Assembly: GCA_016867375.1 (NCBI GenBank)
Contig: VGJQ01000001.1
Location: forward strand, 21,394 to 85,393
Source: Candidatus Kaiserbacteria bacterium
GTDB taxonomy: Bacteria; Patescibacteriota; Minisyncoccia; Phycocordibacterales; UBA2100
DNA length: 64,000 bases
Direction: 5' to 3'
Every line of letters starts with the position of its first letter. Positions within the stretch are counted from its first letter, which is position 1. Both the position numbers and the translations under genes were made by a program. Below, one piece after another: positions 27,259 to 36,554 of this stretch. Below the pieces are notes generated by a model. That model searched no databases, had not been told where the DNA came from, and saw only the letters and a program-made list of their open reading frames with translations.

Positions 27259-30200
27259 ATGGCACTCCTAGACCTCCTACACCTCGGCGACAAGAACAAG
27301 AAAGATACGGAGGGCCCGGGGATAATCCCGGTATTGCCCGCGGAGATCTACCAGACGGGCGTGCTCGACCTGCAAGACGTCATCGCACCGCATGCACTGC
27401 AGATCAATTCGCGCGAGCTCGATCTCGGCGAGAAGATCGCGCGTACCTTTTTTGTGATCTCATATCCGCGCTTCCTTACGACAGGGTGGTTTGCGCCGAT
27501 CATCAACATGGACAAGGTGATCGACATTTCCATCTTCGTCCACCCGATGGATACCAATGAGATGCTACGCAAATTCCAAAAAAAGGTCGCCGAGGTGCAG
27601 AGCCAGATATCCACACGCGAAGAGAAGGGAATGGTGCGCGATCCGATGCTCGACACCGCTTACCAAGACCTCGAACAGCTGCGCGACAGCCTCCAGCAAG
27701 CGCAGGAGCGCATTTTCGATGTCGGCCTGTACCTGACGATCTACGGCAACACACGCGAGGAGATCGACAAGGCCGAGGCAGCGGTACGCTCGATCCTCGA
27801 AAGCCGCCTCGTCTACATCCGCCCCGCACTCTTCCAACAAGAACAGGGGTTCCGATCTGTCTTGCCCTTATGCACTGATTTACTTGATGTACACACCAAG
27901 CTCAATTCGGCCCCGCTCTCGTCGATCTTTCCCTTCATCTCGTTTGACCTCACGTCAGACCGCGGCATCCTCTATGGCATCAACCGCCACAATTCATCAC
28001 TGATCCTCTTCGACCGCTTTAGTTTGGAGAACTATAACTCGGTCACTTTTGCAAAGTCGGGCGCAGGCAAAAGTCTTCGCGGCAACGAGTCGGTACTCAT
28101 ACGCCGCAATGGTGTAATACATAGAGAAAGAATCGGTTCGGTCGTTGAGCGACTTATCAAAAAGCATGGCGCCACAAAAATCGATGAAGAGCTCGAGGGT
28201 GTCATTGACCCTGGTTTTGAAGTATTCAGTTTCGACAAGAATATGCGGGCAGGGTGGAGTATGGTTTCTGTCGCCGCACGCAAAGAGGCCCCGGATATCT
28301 ACTATACATTCAAAACAAAAAGTGGCCGGGAAGTAACCACAACCGCCGATCATAATATGCTCGTGTTGCGCGACTGCAAGGTGATCGCCGCAAAAAGTGA
28401 AGATGTACGCGAAGGGGAGTATATCCCTTTACCGCGACAGGTGCATGCGACAAGCGGCGGCTCACATCACGAGCTAACGAAAGATTTTGCTTCACTATTA
28501 GGTTGGATATCGGCCGAGGGAGCATTCACTGATCGCTCAATCGTCATCAGCAATACAGAACAAGAAGCCTTGGATCAGATTGCGACACTCTGTGCCAATC
28601 TACACTTGAATCATACGCGAAACGCGCGATGGATTGCCGTGTATGGTAAAGCATTGCGCGTATACTTGCACTCGATCGAGGCGGATGGTTTGTCGGGAAG
28701 AAAACGCGTTCCTGCGCCCGTCTTTGGCGCGTCGCGCGAAATAGTTGCCGCGTATTTGCGTGCGTATTTCGAAGGCGATGGAGGGGTCGAAGATCACGAA
28801 GTAACCGTTCTTTCAAAATCAAAAGAGCTCATTTCCGGCATATCATATCTTTTGTATTACTTTGGTATCATCTCACGCATCCAAAAACGACACAAACGAT
28901 ACGCGGCGACAGGCGGTTACCGCACGTTCTGGCAATTACAGATTTCAGGTCAGGATAATATCAGAAAATTCCAGGAGTATGTCGGTTTTGTTTCGACGCG
29001 CAAACAGTCGGCGCTCGCCCCTATTGCCGCGAAAGCGGGTAATACCAACGTTGACATTGTTCCTGGGTTGCAACCGCTCGCGCAAGAACTCGCGTCGCTT
29101 TTCGACTCGCAGCTCTCCGACATCGCCGACTTTTCCGCGCTCAAACAGGGGCGCAACCTCTCTCCACAACACCTTGGAAGGTTCGTATCGACGATGGAGG
29201 AACGTGTCCAACGCTTCAAAGACCTCTATCCATTTATGCAAAAGCTGCAAGACTTGCCTACTGTAGGCGCGATCATCAAAAAAGCCGACGAAGATCGGGA
29301 ACTGAATCGCGGACTTATCGAGGCTATGAGCAGTTCATGGTTCACCATCAAACAAGGAATGGCCCCGCGCGCCAAAAACGCATTAAAAATATTCGAGACG
29401 GCGGGAATGGATGCACCAAAGACAGTGGATGAATTAAAAACGATGCTCAACGAAGGTATCGCGAATCTCCGCGTGCCGGCGAACGGTTTTGACGGCGGTT
29501 ATCTGGCGCGGACATTAGGCGGTATGCGAGACAATGCATCATATGATTTGCTGCACGCCGCCGCCCAATTCATCGCGGGAGAGTACCACCGCATATTGCA
29601 AAACCTGAATCGCGTTGAGGAAATCATCACCACACTCAAAACGCTCGCCGAGGCGGACCTTTTTTGGGATCCGATTGTATCCATCACTAAGAAAGAGAAT
29701 ATAGGAGACAAATACGTGTATGATCTTACTGTTGATGACGAAGTGTTCCTGGCCGGGCACGGCGGCATGTTCGTGCACAATTCGTATACGACCAAACTGG
29801 AGATATTGCGCTCCCTCATGTTCGACACCGAAGTGATCGTGATCGACCCGGAGCGCGAATATGAATACCTCGCAGAGACGGTCGGCGGGCGCTACTTCAA
29901 CATCTCACTCTCCTCCGAACATCACATCAATCCCTTCGACCTGCCGATACCGCGCGAAGATGAAAATCCATCAGACGTGCTGCGCAACAACACCATCGCA
30001 CTCGTCGGACTCTTCCGCATCATGCTCGGCGGACTCACTCCCGAGGAAGATGCAATCATCGATAAAGCCATCACCGAGACATACGCGCTCAAAGACATCA
30101 GCGCTGATGCCAATTTCGCCGCCGTCGAACCGCCGCTTCTCTCAGACTTCGAGCTCGTACTCTCGGGCATGGAAGGATCAGAATCGCTCGTACAGCGACT

Positions 30201-30930
30201 CGCCAAATACACCAAGGGCACCTGGTCGGGCTTCATGAATCGCCCCACCAACGTCGATATGAATAAGAAACTCGTCGTCTTCTCGGTGCGCGACATGGAA
30301 GACGATCTCAAGCCCGCCGCCATGTACATCATCACACACCACATCTGGAACACCGTGCGTAAAGAGCTGCGCAAGCGCCTCCTCGTCATCGACGAGGCAT
30401 GGTGGATGATGCGCTCTGAAGATACTGCATCATTTCTCTTCTCGATCGCAAAGCGCGGACGCAAATACTACCTCGGCATCTCGACCATCACCCAAGACGT
30501 CTCCGACTTCCTCAACTCTCCGTACGGCATTCCCATGATCACCAACTCATCGATTCAGCTCCTCCTGCGCCAATCTCCGACATCGGTCGATCTCGTCCAG
30601 AGCACCTTCAAACTCTCCGATGAGGAAAAATATCTCTTGCTCGAATCCGACGTGGGGGAGGGGATTTTCTTCGCCGGACTCAAGCACGTCGCACTCAAAG
30701 TGATTGCATCGTACACCGAAGACCAGATCATCACCTCTGACCCATCACAAATCCTCGCCATCAAGAAAGCGAAGCAAAATCTCGCCGCAGCAGGTGAGGG
30801 CGGCCCCGCCGCTGAAGCAGCTATCGCCGAAGTGTCCGCCCAAACGATGGTAGAACATGCTGCGCCCGGTGCCGACACCGCGGGCGTGGGTGCAAGCTCT
30901 CTCAACAGCAATGCGCTTAAGAGCGTATGA
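27259..30930 (+). CDS. virB4: VirB4-family type IV secretion ATPase (Gram-positive TraE/PrgJ-like) interrupted by an intein in the Walker A P-loop
   Basis: The N-terminal region (RTFFVISYPRFLTTGWFAPII...ISIFVHP) matches VirB4/TraE proteins. Walker A FAKSGAGK|...|SYTT is split by a 570-aa insertion. Walker B LLVIDEAWWM and C-terminal motifs are intact. The extein is about 653 aa. Confidence 0.85.
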   Translation: MALLDLLHLGDKNKKDTEGPGIIPVLPAEIYQTGVLDLQDVIAPHALQINSRELDLGEKIARTFFVISYPRFLTTGWFAPIINMDKVIDISIFVHPMDTNEMLRKFQKKVAEVQSQISTREEKGMVRDPMLDTAYQDLEQLRDSLQQAQERIFDVGLYLTIYGNTREEIDKAEAAVRSILESRLVYIRPALFQQEQGFRSVLPLCTDLLDVHTKLNSAPLSSIFPFISFDLTSDRGILYGINRHNSSLILFDRFSLENYNSVTFAKSGAGKSLRGNESVLIRRNGVIHRERIGSVVERLIKKHGATKIDEELEGVIDPGFEVFSFDKNMRAGWSMVSVAARKEAPDIYYTFKTKSGREVTTTADHNMLVLRDCKVIAAKSEDVREGEYIPLPRQVHATSGGSHHELTKDFASLLGWISAEGAFTDRSIVISNTEQEALDQIATLCANLHLNHTRNARWIAVYGKALRVYLHSIEADGLSGRKRVPAPVFGASREIVAAYLRAYFEGDGGVEDHEVTVLSKSKELISGISYLLYYFGIISRIQKRHKRYAATGGYRTFWQLQISGQDNIRKFQEYVGFVSTRKQSALAPIAAKAGNTNVDIVPGLQPLAQELASLFDSQLSDIADFSALKQGRNLSPQHLGRFVSTMEERVQRFKDLYPFMQKLQDLPTVGAIIKKADEDRELNRGLIEAMSSSWFTIKQGMAPRAKNALKIFETAGMDAPKTVDELKTMLNEGIANLRVPANGFDGGYLARTLGGMRDNASYDLLHAAAQFIAGEYHRILQNLNRVEEIITTLKTLAEADLFWDPIVSITKKENIGDKYVYDLTVDDEVFLAGHGGMFVHNSYTTKLEILRSLMFDTEVIVIDPEREYEYLAETVGGRYFNISLSSEHHINPFDLPIPREDENPSDVLRNNTIALVGLFRIMLGGLTPEEDAIIDKAITETYALKDISADANFAAVEPPLLSDFELVLSGMEGSESLVQRLAKYTKGTWSGFMNRPTNVDMNKKLVVFSVRDMEDDLKPAAMYIITHHIWNTVRKELRKRLLVIDEAWWMMRSEDTASFLFSIAKRGRKYYLGISTITQDVSDFLNSPYGIPMITNSSIQLLLRQSPTSVDLVQSTFKLSDEEKYLLLESDVGEGIFFAGLKHVALKVIASYTEDQIITSDPSQILAIKKAKQNLAAAGEGGPAAEAAIAEVSAQTMVEHAAPGADTAGVGASSLNSNALKSV
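28072..29781 (+). mobile_element. Intein (570 aa) with a LAGLIDADG homing-endonuclease domain, inserted in the VirB4 P-loop
   Basis: Starts SLRGNESVLIRRNG (Ser1). TTTADHNMLV (block B). LAGLIDADG-like motifs LLGWISAEGAF and LRAYFEGDGGV. Ends GMFVHN followed by Ser+1. Removal restores GAGKSYTT. Confidence 0.8.
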
Positions 30931-31280
30931 GTCCACATCGTGGTATAAGTCTCGGAGCCAATATCGCGCTTCAGACATGTGCGCTCATTATTGATGGTCT
31001 GCAAGTTGTTGTCAGTCTGTTGAGTTTACTTCCATTCGTTGGATTCGTGCTCTCTTATGTTTTAGGTGTCACACTTAATATCTTAGCGTTCCTTCTCTTT
31101 GGGTTTTGGTTTTCCGTGCTCGGTGTCTGTATTTTTAGGAGTTATCCGCTCCATTTTATTGTCGCAATCATCCTGGAGAATGTCCCTCTCTTTAATTTTG
31201 TTCCTGGGTGGTGGGGATTTGTCTCATATATCATCGATAGGGAGAATGCGAAAGCATCTGGCTCATCCGGTACGCTATAA
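30927..31280 (+). CDS. Hypothetical small polytopic membrane protein
   Basis: 117 aa with 3-4 transmembrane helices. 4-nt overlap with the virB4 stop. Confidence 0.5.
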   Translation: MSPHRGISLGANIALQTCALIIDGLQVVVSLLSLLPFVGFVLSYVLGVTLNILAFLLFGFWFSVLGVCIFRSYPLHFIVAIILENVPLFNFVPGWWGFVSYIIDRENAKASGSSGTL

Positions 31281-31288
31281 TATACAAT

Positions 31289-32344
31289 ATGGCCTTAGTT
31301 AAAAGAGCGGGAATGTTGGTACCGACGATTCTCTTGTTCCTACTCATTTTCTTCACGTTTGCGCAAGCCCAAGCAATCTTCACCGCACCAGATCCTGGCA
31401 CACATATACAGATCATCATGAGCCCGCAATACCCTTCTGCGGGGGAGACCGCACATCTCGTCGTCCGAGGGGGATCGCTTATCAACATCAGCGACAGCAC
31501 CATCATCTGGTCTTTAAATGGCACTGTCATCTCAAAAGGGGTGGGGCGCTCTTCTATCGATATGAAAATTGGCCCGCTCGGACAAGCACACAATATCACG
31601 GTGATCATACAATCGCCCGACGGTTCGAGTACATCAGAATCACTTTCATTCGTACCTACCCATATCGATCTTCTCATTGATTCCGACTCGTATACACCGC
31701 CATTTTACCGAGGACGCGCCCTCCCGTCTCCGGGCACGCAGCTACATCTACAAGCTTTGACGTATTTCAAGCGCACAAACGGAACACACATCCCTTCCAG
31801 TTCGATCATATACACATGGAGACGCAACAATCAGGTCCTCGGCACCGTATCGGGAAAAGGACGCTCAACCGTCACCATACCGGCTCCCGTACCCTACAGT
31901 ACCGACACCCTCTCGGTCGATGCGACCACCGCAGATGGCTCTCTGCGCGGATCTGCCACCATACGCCTCTCATCGGTTGATCCTGTCCTCGCACTATACC
32001 AAGATCACCCACTGTTTGGCGTGATGTATCATCAACTGATGGGAGGTGACACGATGATTCCTGATTCGGAGGCGACATTTGTTGCAGTGCCATACTTCTC
32101 GGGAATCTCAAGCCCCACCGACCCACAACTGCGCTACACCTGGACAGTCAACAGTGTGGCCGCCCCGACAAATGCCACGCGCCCCGACAAAATCGTCATC
32201 AATGCGGACAAGTCGGACGGCAAAGCTGTAATCGAGCTTTCACTGACACACGCCACCAACTTCTTTATGAATCTCAAACAGACATGGGACGCCGTGTTTC
32301 GGACCACCACCTCTTTTGACAATCCGTTTTCAGCTGGCCTATAA
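31289..32344 (+). CDS. Hypothetical secreted protein (signal peptide, 351 aa)
   Basis: Signal peptide MALVKRAGMLVPTILLFLLIFFTFAQAQA. No recognised domain. Confidence 0.5.
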   Translation: MALVKRAGMLVPTILLFLLIFFTFAQAQAIFTAPDPGTHIQIIMSPQYPSAGETAHLVVRGGSLINISDSTIIWSLNGTVISKGVGRSSIDMKIGPLGQAHNITVIIQSPDGSSTSESLSFVPTHIDLLIDSDSYTPPFYRGRALPSPGTQLHLQALTYFKRTNGTHIPSSSIIYTWRRNNQVLGTVSGKGRSTVTIPAPVPYSTDTLSVDATTADGSLRGSATIRLSSVDPVLALYQDHPLFGVMYHQLMGGDTMIPDSEATFVAVPYFSGISSPTDPQLRYTWTVNSVAAPTNATRPDKIVINADKSDGKAVIELSLTHATNFFMNLKQTWDAVFRTTTSFDNPFSAGL

Positions 32345-32350
32345 CACCGT

Positions 32351-33619
32351 ATGAAAACATTGAGACTCGTACTACTCTACATGCTTGCCGCACTCCTCGT
32401 TATTATTTTAGGAGGTGTTACCGGCTGGTATTTCTTTTTACACATTCCTCAAGAAAAAAGTGCTGCTATAGACGCCGCGCGCGGACTGGGGCCCTCGCCG
32501 CTCTCCTTTACAGGAGGAAGCACACAAAAAAATGTAAGCATGGTCGTGAGCGGCGAATCTGGGACAAGCACCACTCCAACGCCCGACACAGCTTCGTCGA
32601 CACCCTCACACCTCTGGCAGGTCGACAAAACGCCCGTGGCAGGCATGCGCTTCGTGAAGCAGGGGACCACGACGACACTTCATTTTGTAGAGCGCGCCAA
32701 CGGATTCTTGTTTACCGCTGACTATGCGCAGCGATCGACTGTCCGCATCACTGAAACACTCATGCCGAAAATGTATGAGGCATTTATGAGTGCCGACGGG
32801 GGGGTTATACAACGATCACTTGATGAGAGTGGCTCCATCACCACCTTCGTGTCGACCGTGGGTGCGACCACCTCGAAGACAAGCACCTCGACCGAAAAGA
32901 ATTCACTCAACGGCTCATATATCGCAAAAAATATTCACATACTCGCTGTTCATCCGTCCGCACGCTCGTTCTTCTATTTTATCTCCAATGACTCCGGCGG
33001 GGTCGACGGCATGACCGCTTCTTGGAGCGGGACAAAACCGAAAAAGATATTCAGCTCGACCATGAGGCATTGGATTCCACTCTGGCTCGCTGACAACCGT
33101 CTCGTCATTACAGAAGGTGCGTCTGACGACCTTCCAGGCCATAGTTATAGTGTCGCAAGCGACGGATCTCTCGTACTCCTTCTCGGTAATGTGCCAGGGC
33201 TCACCATCCTCCCACACCCTTCCTCAAAAGCGCTAATCTACGGATCGTCGATGGGCGGCAAGCTGACACTCTTCACGCAGGGGGTAGCGAGTACGACGCC
33301 AACCGCGCTTGAAATAGAGACTATCGCGGACAAATGTGTATGGCTTGAGAGTAAGAGTCTGATCGCATACTGTGCAGTGCCCTCCACCCCACCATCCGGA
33401 AAATTTCTCGACTCGTGGTACCGCGGAGCAGTGCACACTGTCGATAACTGGTGGAAGATCGATGTGGCCGCGAACGCAGCGATGCAGATCTACTCACCAA
33501 AAGAATCTGACGGTGTAAAAATCGACGTCGAGCGCCCCATGATCGACCCGACCGGAAATTATCTCGCCTTTATCAATGCATCCGACAAGTCGTTGTGGAT
33601 GTTAAAAATACCTCAATAA
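32351..33619 (+). CDS. Hypothetical N-terminally anchored extracellular protein (422 aa)
   Basis: N-terminal transmembrane helix then a Ser/Thr-rich linker. No recognised domain. Confidence 0.5.
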   Translation: MKTLRLVLLYMLAALLVIILGGVTGWYFFLHIPQEKSAAIDAARGLGPSPLSFTGGSTQKNVSMVVSGESGTSTTPTPDTASSTPSHLWQVDKTPVAGMRFVKQGTTTTLHFVERANGFLFTADYAQRSTVRITETLMPKMYEAFMSADGGVIQRSLDESGSITTFVSTVGATTSKTSTSTEKNSLNGSYIAKNIHILAVHPSARSFFYFISNDSGGVDGMTASWSGTKPKKIFSSTMRHWIPLWLADNRLVITEGASDDLPGHSYSVASDGSLVLLLGNVPGLTILPHPSSKALIYGSSMGGKLTLFTQGVASTTPTALEIETIADKCVWLESKSLIAYCAVPSTPPSGKFLDSWYRGAVHTVDNWWKIDVAANAAMQIYSPKESDGVKIDVERPMIDPTGNYLAFINASDKSLWMLKIPQ

Positions 33620-34050
33620 TAAGTATGCGCATACGTACTATCGCCACCCCACTTGTCGTCTGTTTGTGCATGATCGCAGTGTTTTATGTGGCCACGACCA
33701 TGGCGGCACATGCACAAGGCCAGCCTGGTCAACAAACATTCGTGTCGTTATCAAAAATTGAACAACAATCTCAAAAAACAAGCGGAATGTTTGCGGACAG
33801 AGATCTTCCCACCTTCATCAACCGTATTTTCTTCTTCCTCATCACGCTCGGCGCTATGCTCGCAGTGGGACGACTCGCATACGCCGGATGGCTGTACATG
33901 CTCGGCGACAATTACGGCAACCTCAGCAAGGCAAAGACTATCATCGGCAATGTGGTAATCGGCCTCTTACTCCTCCTCTCAATCTGGCTGATCCTCAACC
34001 TGATAAATCCGCAGATTCTCAATCTGGATGTGCTCCAGTCGATCAAGTGA
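33595..34050 (+). CDS. Candidate VirB2/TrbC-like pilin (signal peptide plus two hydrophobic helices); probable start at 33625
   Basis: Signal peptide ending AAHAQ. The mature part of about 110 aa has two long hydrophobic helices separated by a short polar turn, the generic T4SS pilin architecture. Assigned by architecture only. Confidence 0.35.
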   Translation: MDVKNTSIISMRIRTIATPLVVCLCMIAVFYVATTMAAHAQGQPGQQTFVSLSKIEQQSQKTSGMFADRDLPTFINRIFFFLITLGAMLAVGRLAYAGWLYMLGDNYGNLSKAKTIIGNVVIGLLLLLSIWLILNLINPQILNLDVLQSIK

Positions 34051-34134
34051 TTGATGATGGGGGCGATATCCATCACCCACACTGCTGAACCCCGCAAGAG
34101 AGCTGCAGGATAGGTGGCTTGCAATAGTAGATGG

Positions 34135-34701
34135 CTAGGCTGCGTATCGGATAACGACTCGGCGATTACGTCCTTCGCCCTGTGATTCTGTTTTTACATT
34201 GGACGCGCCCGAGAGCGTAGCGTGTATGATAAGGCGCTCATAGGCGCTCATAGGGGAGAGCTCTACATCATATTGGAAGGAGCGCGCGCGCTCAGCCATA
34301 ATCAGTGCCTTTGATTGGAGATCTTTGATATGTTTGGTCCGCTGATCGTTGATATCGACCAAAAAGAGATTGCGGGCATGATCTTCTACCTTTTCTGATC
34401 CCGCGGCGGAGGCCGTGCGTTTTTCAGTAATCTTTTTTACTAAAAAGTCAATCGCATGCGCCACATCAGCCTGAAAACCATATGGCCCTTGATTGAGATT
34501 TTTGGTCGAGATCGAATAGATTATTTGTCCGGCTAATTCATTCTCGGACACGTCGCTATATTCGATACCGGCTGCGTTCAATAATTCTTTGACGGTGGAG
34601 ATGATGTCGGCGCTCACCTCGTTAGAAAGCCGTTCACGCACCTTTTCAGTCGGATTCTGATCTGGTTGGGTATGTTCTTCGAAGTTTCTAAGAGGGTTCA
34701 T
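34135..34701 (-). CDS. jag: Jag/KhpB-like RNA-binding protein (KH plus R3H domains)
   Basis: C-terminal R3H signature (SPMSAYERLIIHATL...VKTESQGEG..RRVVI). Located downstream of yidC as in the canonical rnpA-yidC-jag operon. Confidence 0.8.
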   Translation of the reverse strand: MNPLRNFEEHTQPDQNPTEKVRERLSNEVSADIISTVKELLNAAGIEYSDVSENELAGQIIYSISTKNLNQGPYGFQADVAHAIDFLVKKITEKRTASAAGSEKVEDHARNLFLVDINDQRTKHIKDLQSKALIMAERARSFQYDVELSPMSAYERLIIHATLSGASNVKTESQGEGRNRRVVIRYAA

Positions 34702-34766
34702 TGAGCCTTTGTATCACACAACAGGCCCCTCATGCAAATAAGGGCTCACGATACCTCCAGTCTTGT

Positions 34767-35489
34767 CTAGTTAAATCTTCGACCAGAGGCGTATTCTTGC
34801 ACGATCATGAAGAGGTTGCTCGTGACATAATAGAGCGCCGCTGCCGCCGGGACGACATATACGACGAAGCCGACCACGATCGGCAAGATATACCGCACCT
34901 GCAGATCAAAACTGCGCGCCATATCGGCAGAAAGCGACTCCTCAACGGCCGTCTGCCCGACGCGCGGCCCCATAGAGAGCCTTGAATACACGAGTTGGGT
35001 GAGGGCTGTCAGTGCGGCAAGCGGGATATTGTACTTGGCACCCATATCGACAAACCCAAGAAAGAGCATACTGATCGATTCGGGACTAGGGACAAAGGAG
35101 TAGAGAACGTTTGCATTCACTTCCGGCAGTCCACCCATAGCAAATATCCAGTAGAGTGCGATCAAGATCGGTAGCTGAATGAGCATCAAACCGAGACCCG
35201 CAAACGGATGAATGTCGTGTTCGCGATAGTACGCGAGAACGGCCTGCGTCTGCTCTGGTGAGTTCTTTTTAAACTTCTTTTTCAGCTCTTCCACTTCAGG
35301 AACGGCCTTTTTCATCGCCATTTGGGACTGAATAGCGCGCTTGGAGAGGGGATATATGATGATTCTGACCAATAGAGTCAATACAACAATCGCAACCCCC
35401 ACATCATGTCCCGGCAATATATCCACCAAAAACATGAGTCCGTTGTACAGCGGATCATATACGATTGCGTGGAATATCGAAGAAATCAT
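34767..35489 (-). CDS. yidC: Membrane protein insertase YidC (short form)
   Basis: 240 aa with 5 transmembrane helices and the conserved YidC/Oxa1 core. Gene order matches rnpA-yidC. Confidence 0.85.
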   Translation of the reverse strand: MISSIFHAIVYDPLYNGLMFLVDILPGHDVGVAIVVLTLLVRIIIYPLSKRAIQSQMAMKKAVPEVEELKKKFKKNSPEQTQAVLAYYREHDIHPFAGLGLMLIQLPILIALYWIFAMGGLPEVNANVLYSFVPSPESISMLFLGFVDMGAKYNIPLAALTALTQLVYSRLSMGPRVGQTAVEESLSADMARSFDLQVRYILPIVVGFVVYVVPAAAALYYVTSNLFMIVQEYASGRRFN

Positions 35490-35507
35490 AGGATTAATTG
35501 TAGCGTG

Positions 35508-35548
35508 TAAGGGCTCGTCCGCAAATAATACACCTGTTATGCGCAGAC
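35508..35548 (+). repeat. REP-like TAAGGGCTCGTCC-hairpin element (copy 3, degenerate stem)
   Basis: taagggctcgtccgcaaataatacacctgttatgcgcagac. Confidence 0.55.
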
Positions 35549-35745
35549 TACGCGTTAGTCATCGGAAAAGTGAAAGGCAGCGCGATTCCTTTCAGGAATC
35601 GCGCCACCCCTACAACCCTACATGGCACAAGTCTGACTTGTGCCATTACCACTTTTAATCACAGACTCCGCTGTTGAGCCACTTGTGTGGCATGCCATGG
35701 AGCGCGTCGTGGATGAAAGTGCAGTCGTCGATGTAGTATGGCTAA

Positions 35746-35784
35746 AAAGGCGTCGCCTTTATCGGATAAAGGCGACGCCTTTTA
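35746..35784. terminator. Palindromic Rho-independent terminator downstream of rnpA
   Basis: aaaaggcgtcgcctttatcggataaaggcgacgcctttt, a 14-bp stem flanked by A and T runs. Confidence 0.7.
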
Positions 35785-35813
35785 GAAAAAATGAACTCGT
35801 GCAGGACGTGAGA

Positions 35814-36155
35814 TTATTGATAAAAATTATTAGTGCATAGTAGAGTGTGAATATCAGCCCTCAACTGATCAAATGTGGCTTGTACGCTCGCCGCATTTGC
35901 ATAAAGGGCAAGGGCGACCGGCTTCTTGATATGCCCCACCTCCAGACGCACGATTTCCCGGCAGCGACGCTTGATGCGGTTGCGGTCCGTCGCCTTCCGA
36001 ACAGCTTTTTTGGCTACAATACAAGCTATTTTAGGGTGTGTGCCCACGGGAAGGGGGGTTATGGCAAGCATACAATAGACCCCGCGCACGCGGCGCGTCT
36101 TTTGGGTAGAAAGTGCCTTAAAATCAGAGCGTGTAAGCCGAAATCGAGAGGGCAT
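35814..36155 (-). CDS. rnpA: Ribonuclease P protein component
   Basis: 113 aa and basic. The start codon overlaps the rpmH stop (TAATG). RLTRSDFKAL...KRRCRE pattern. Confidence 0.85.
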   Translation of the reverse strand: MPSRFRLTRSDFKALSTQKTRRVRGVYCMLAITPLPVGTHPKIACIVAKKAVRKATDRNRIKRRCREIVRLEVGHIKKPVALALYANAASVQATFDQLRADIHTLLCTNNFYQ

Positions 36156-36289
36156 TAGACGGTGATTTTTGCGCGCCCCTTGCGGCGGCGGCGGACAAGG
36201 ACTTTGGCGCCGGTCTTGGTGGCACTACGCACCAAAAAACCATGGGTCTTCGCTCGTTTACGCTTTTTGGGCTGGTATGTTCGCTTCAT
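36155..36289 (-). CDS. rpmH: 50S ribosomal protein L34
   Basis: Translates to [44 protein letters not shown] (44 aa). Absent from the ORF track because it is under 60 aa. Confidence 0.95.
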   Translation of the reverse strand: MKRTYQPKKRKRAKTHGFLVRSATKTGAKVLVRRRRKGRAKITV

Positions 36290-36345
36290 GCGGCCACTAT
36301 ACCGTATCTATACCCAAACTCAAGTTATTGGGGAGGGGTTATTGG

Positions 36346-36461
36346 GGAGGGGTGTGGCCGTATGGTGTTCTGGAACCATACCTACATTTTCACGCTTGCT
36401 GTTTGAGCTCCTGCTCTACATATGTGCCGGATATCCGTTCGCTGCGCGATGTTCCAGAACA
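36346..36461 (-). repeat. Long-stem hairpin element, family 2, copy C (21-bp stem ending ggaac/gttcc)
   Basis: The arms ggccgtatggtgttctggaac and gttccagaacaccatacggcc pair. The inner sequence is the reverse complement of the conserved core of copy D. Confidence 0.7.
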
Positions 36462-36554
36462 CCATACGGCCACATTCCTGACACCAACCTCCGGGCAACG
36501 TGCGTGGCCGTGTGTTTTGCCGTCTTCGCAGCCGCGACTAATCACACCCACCCT

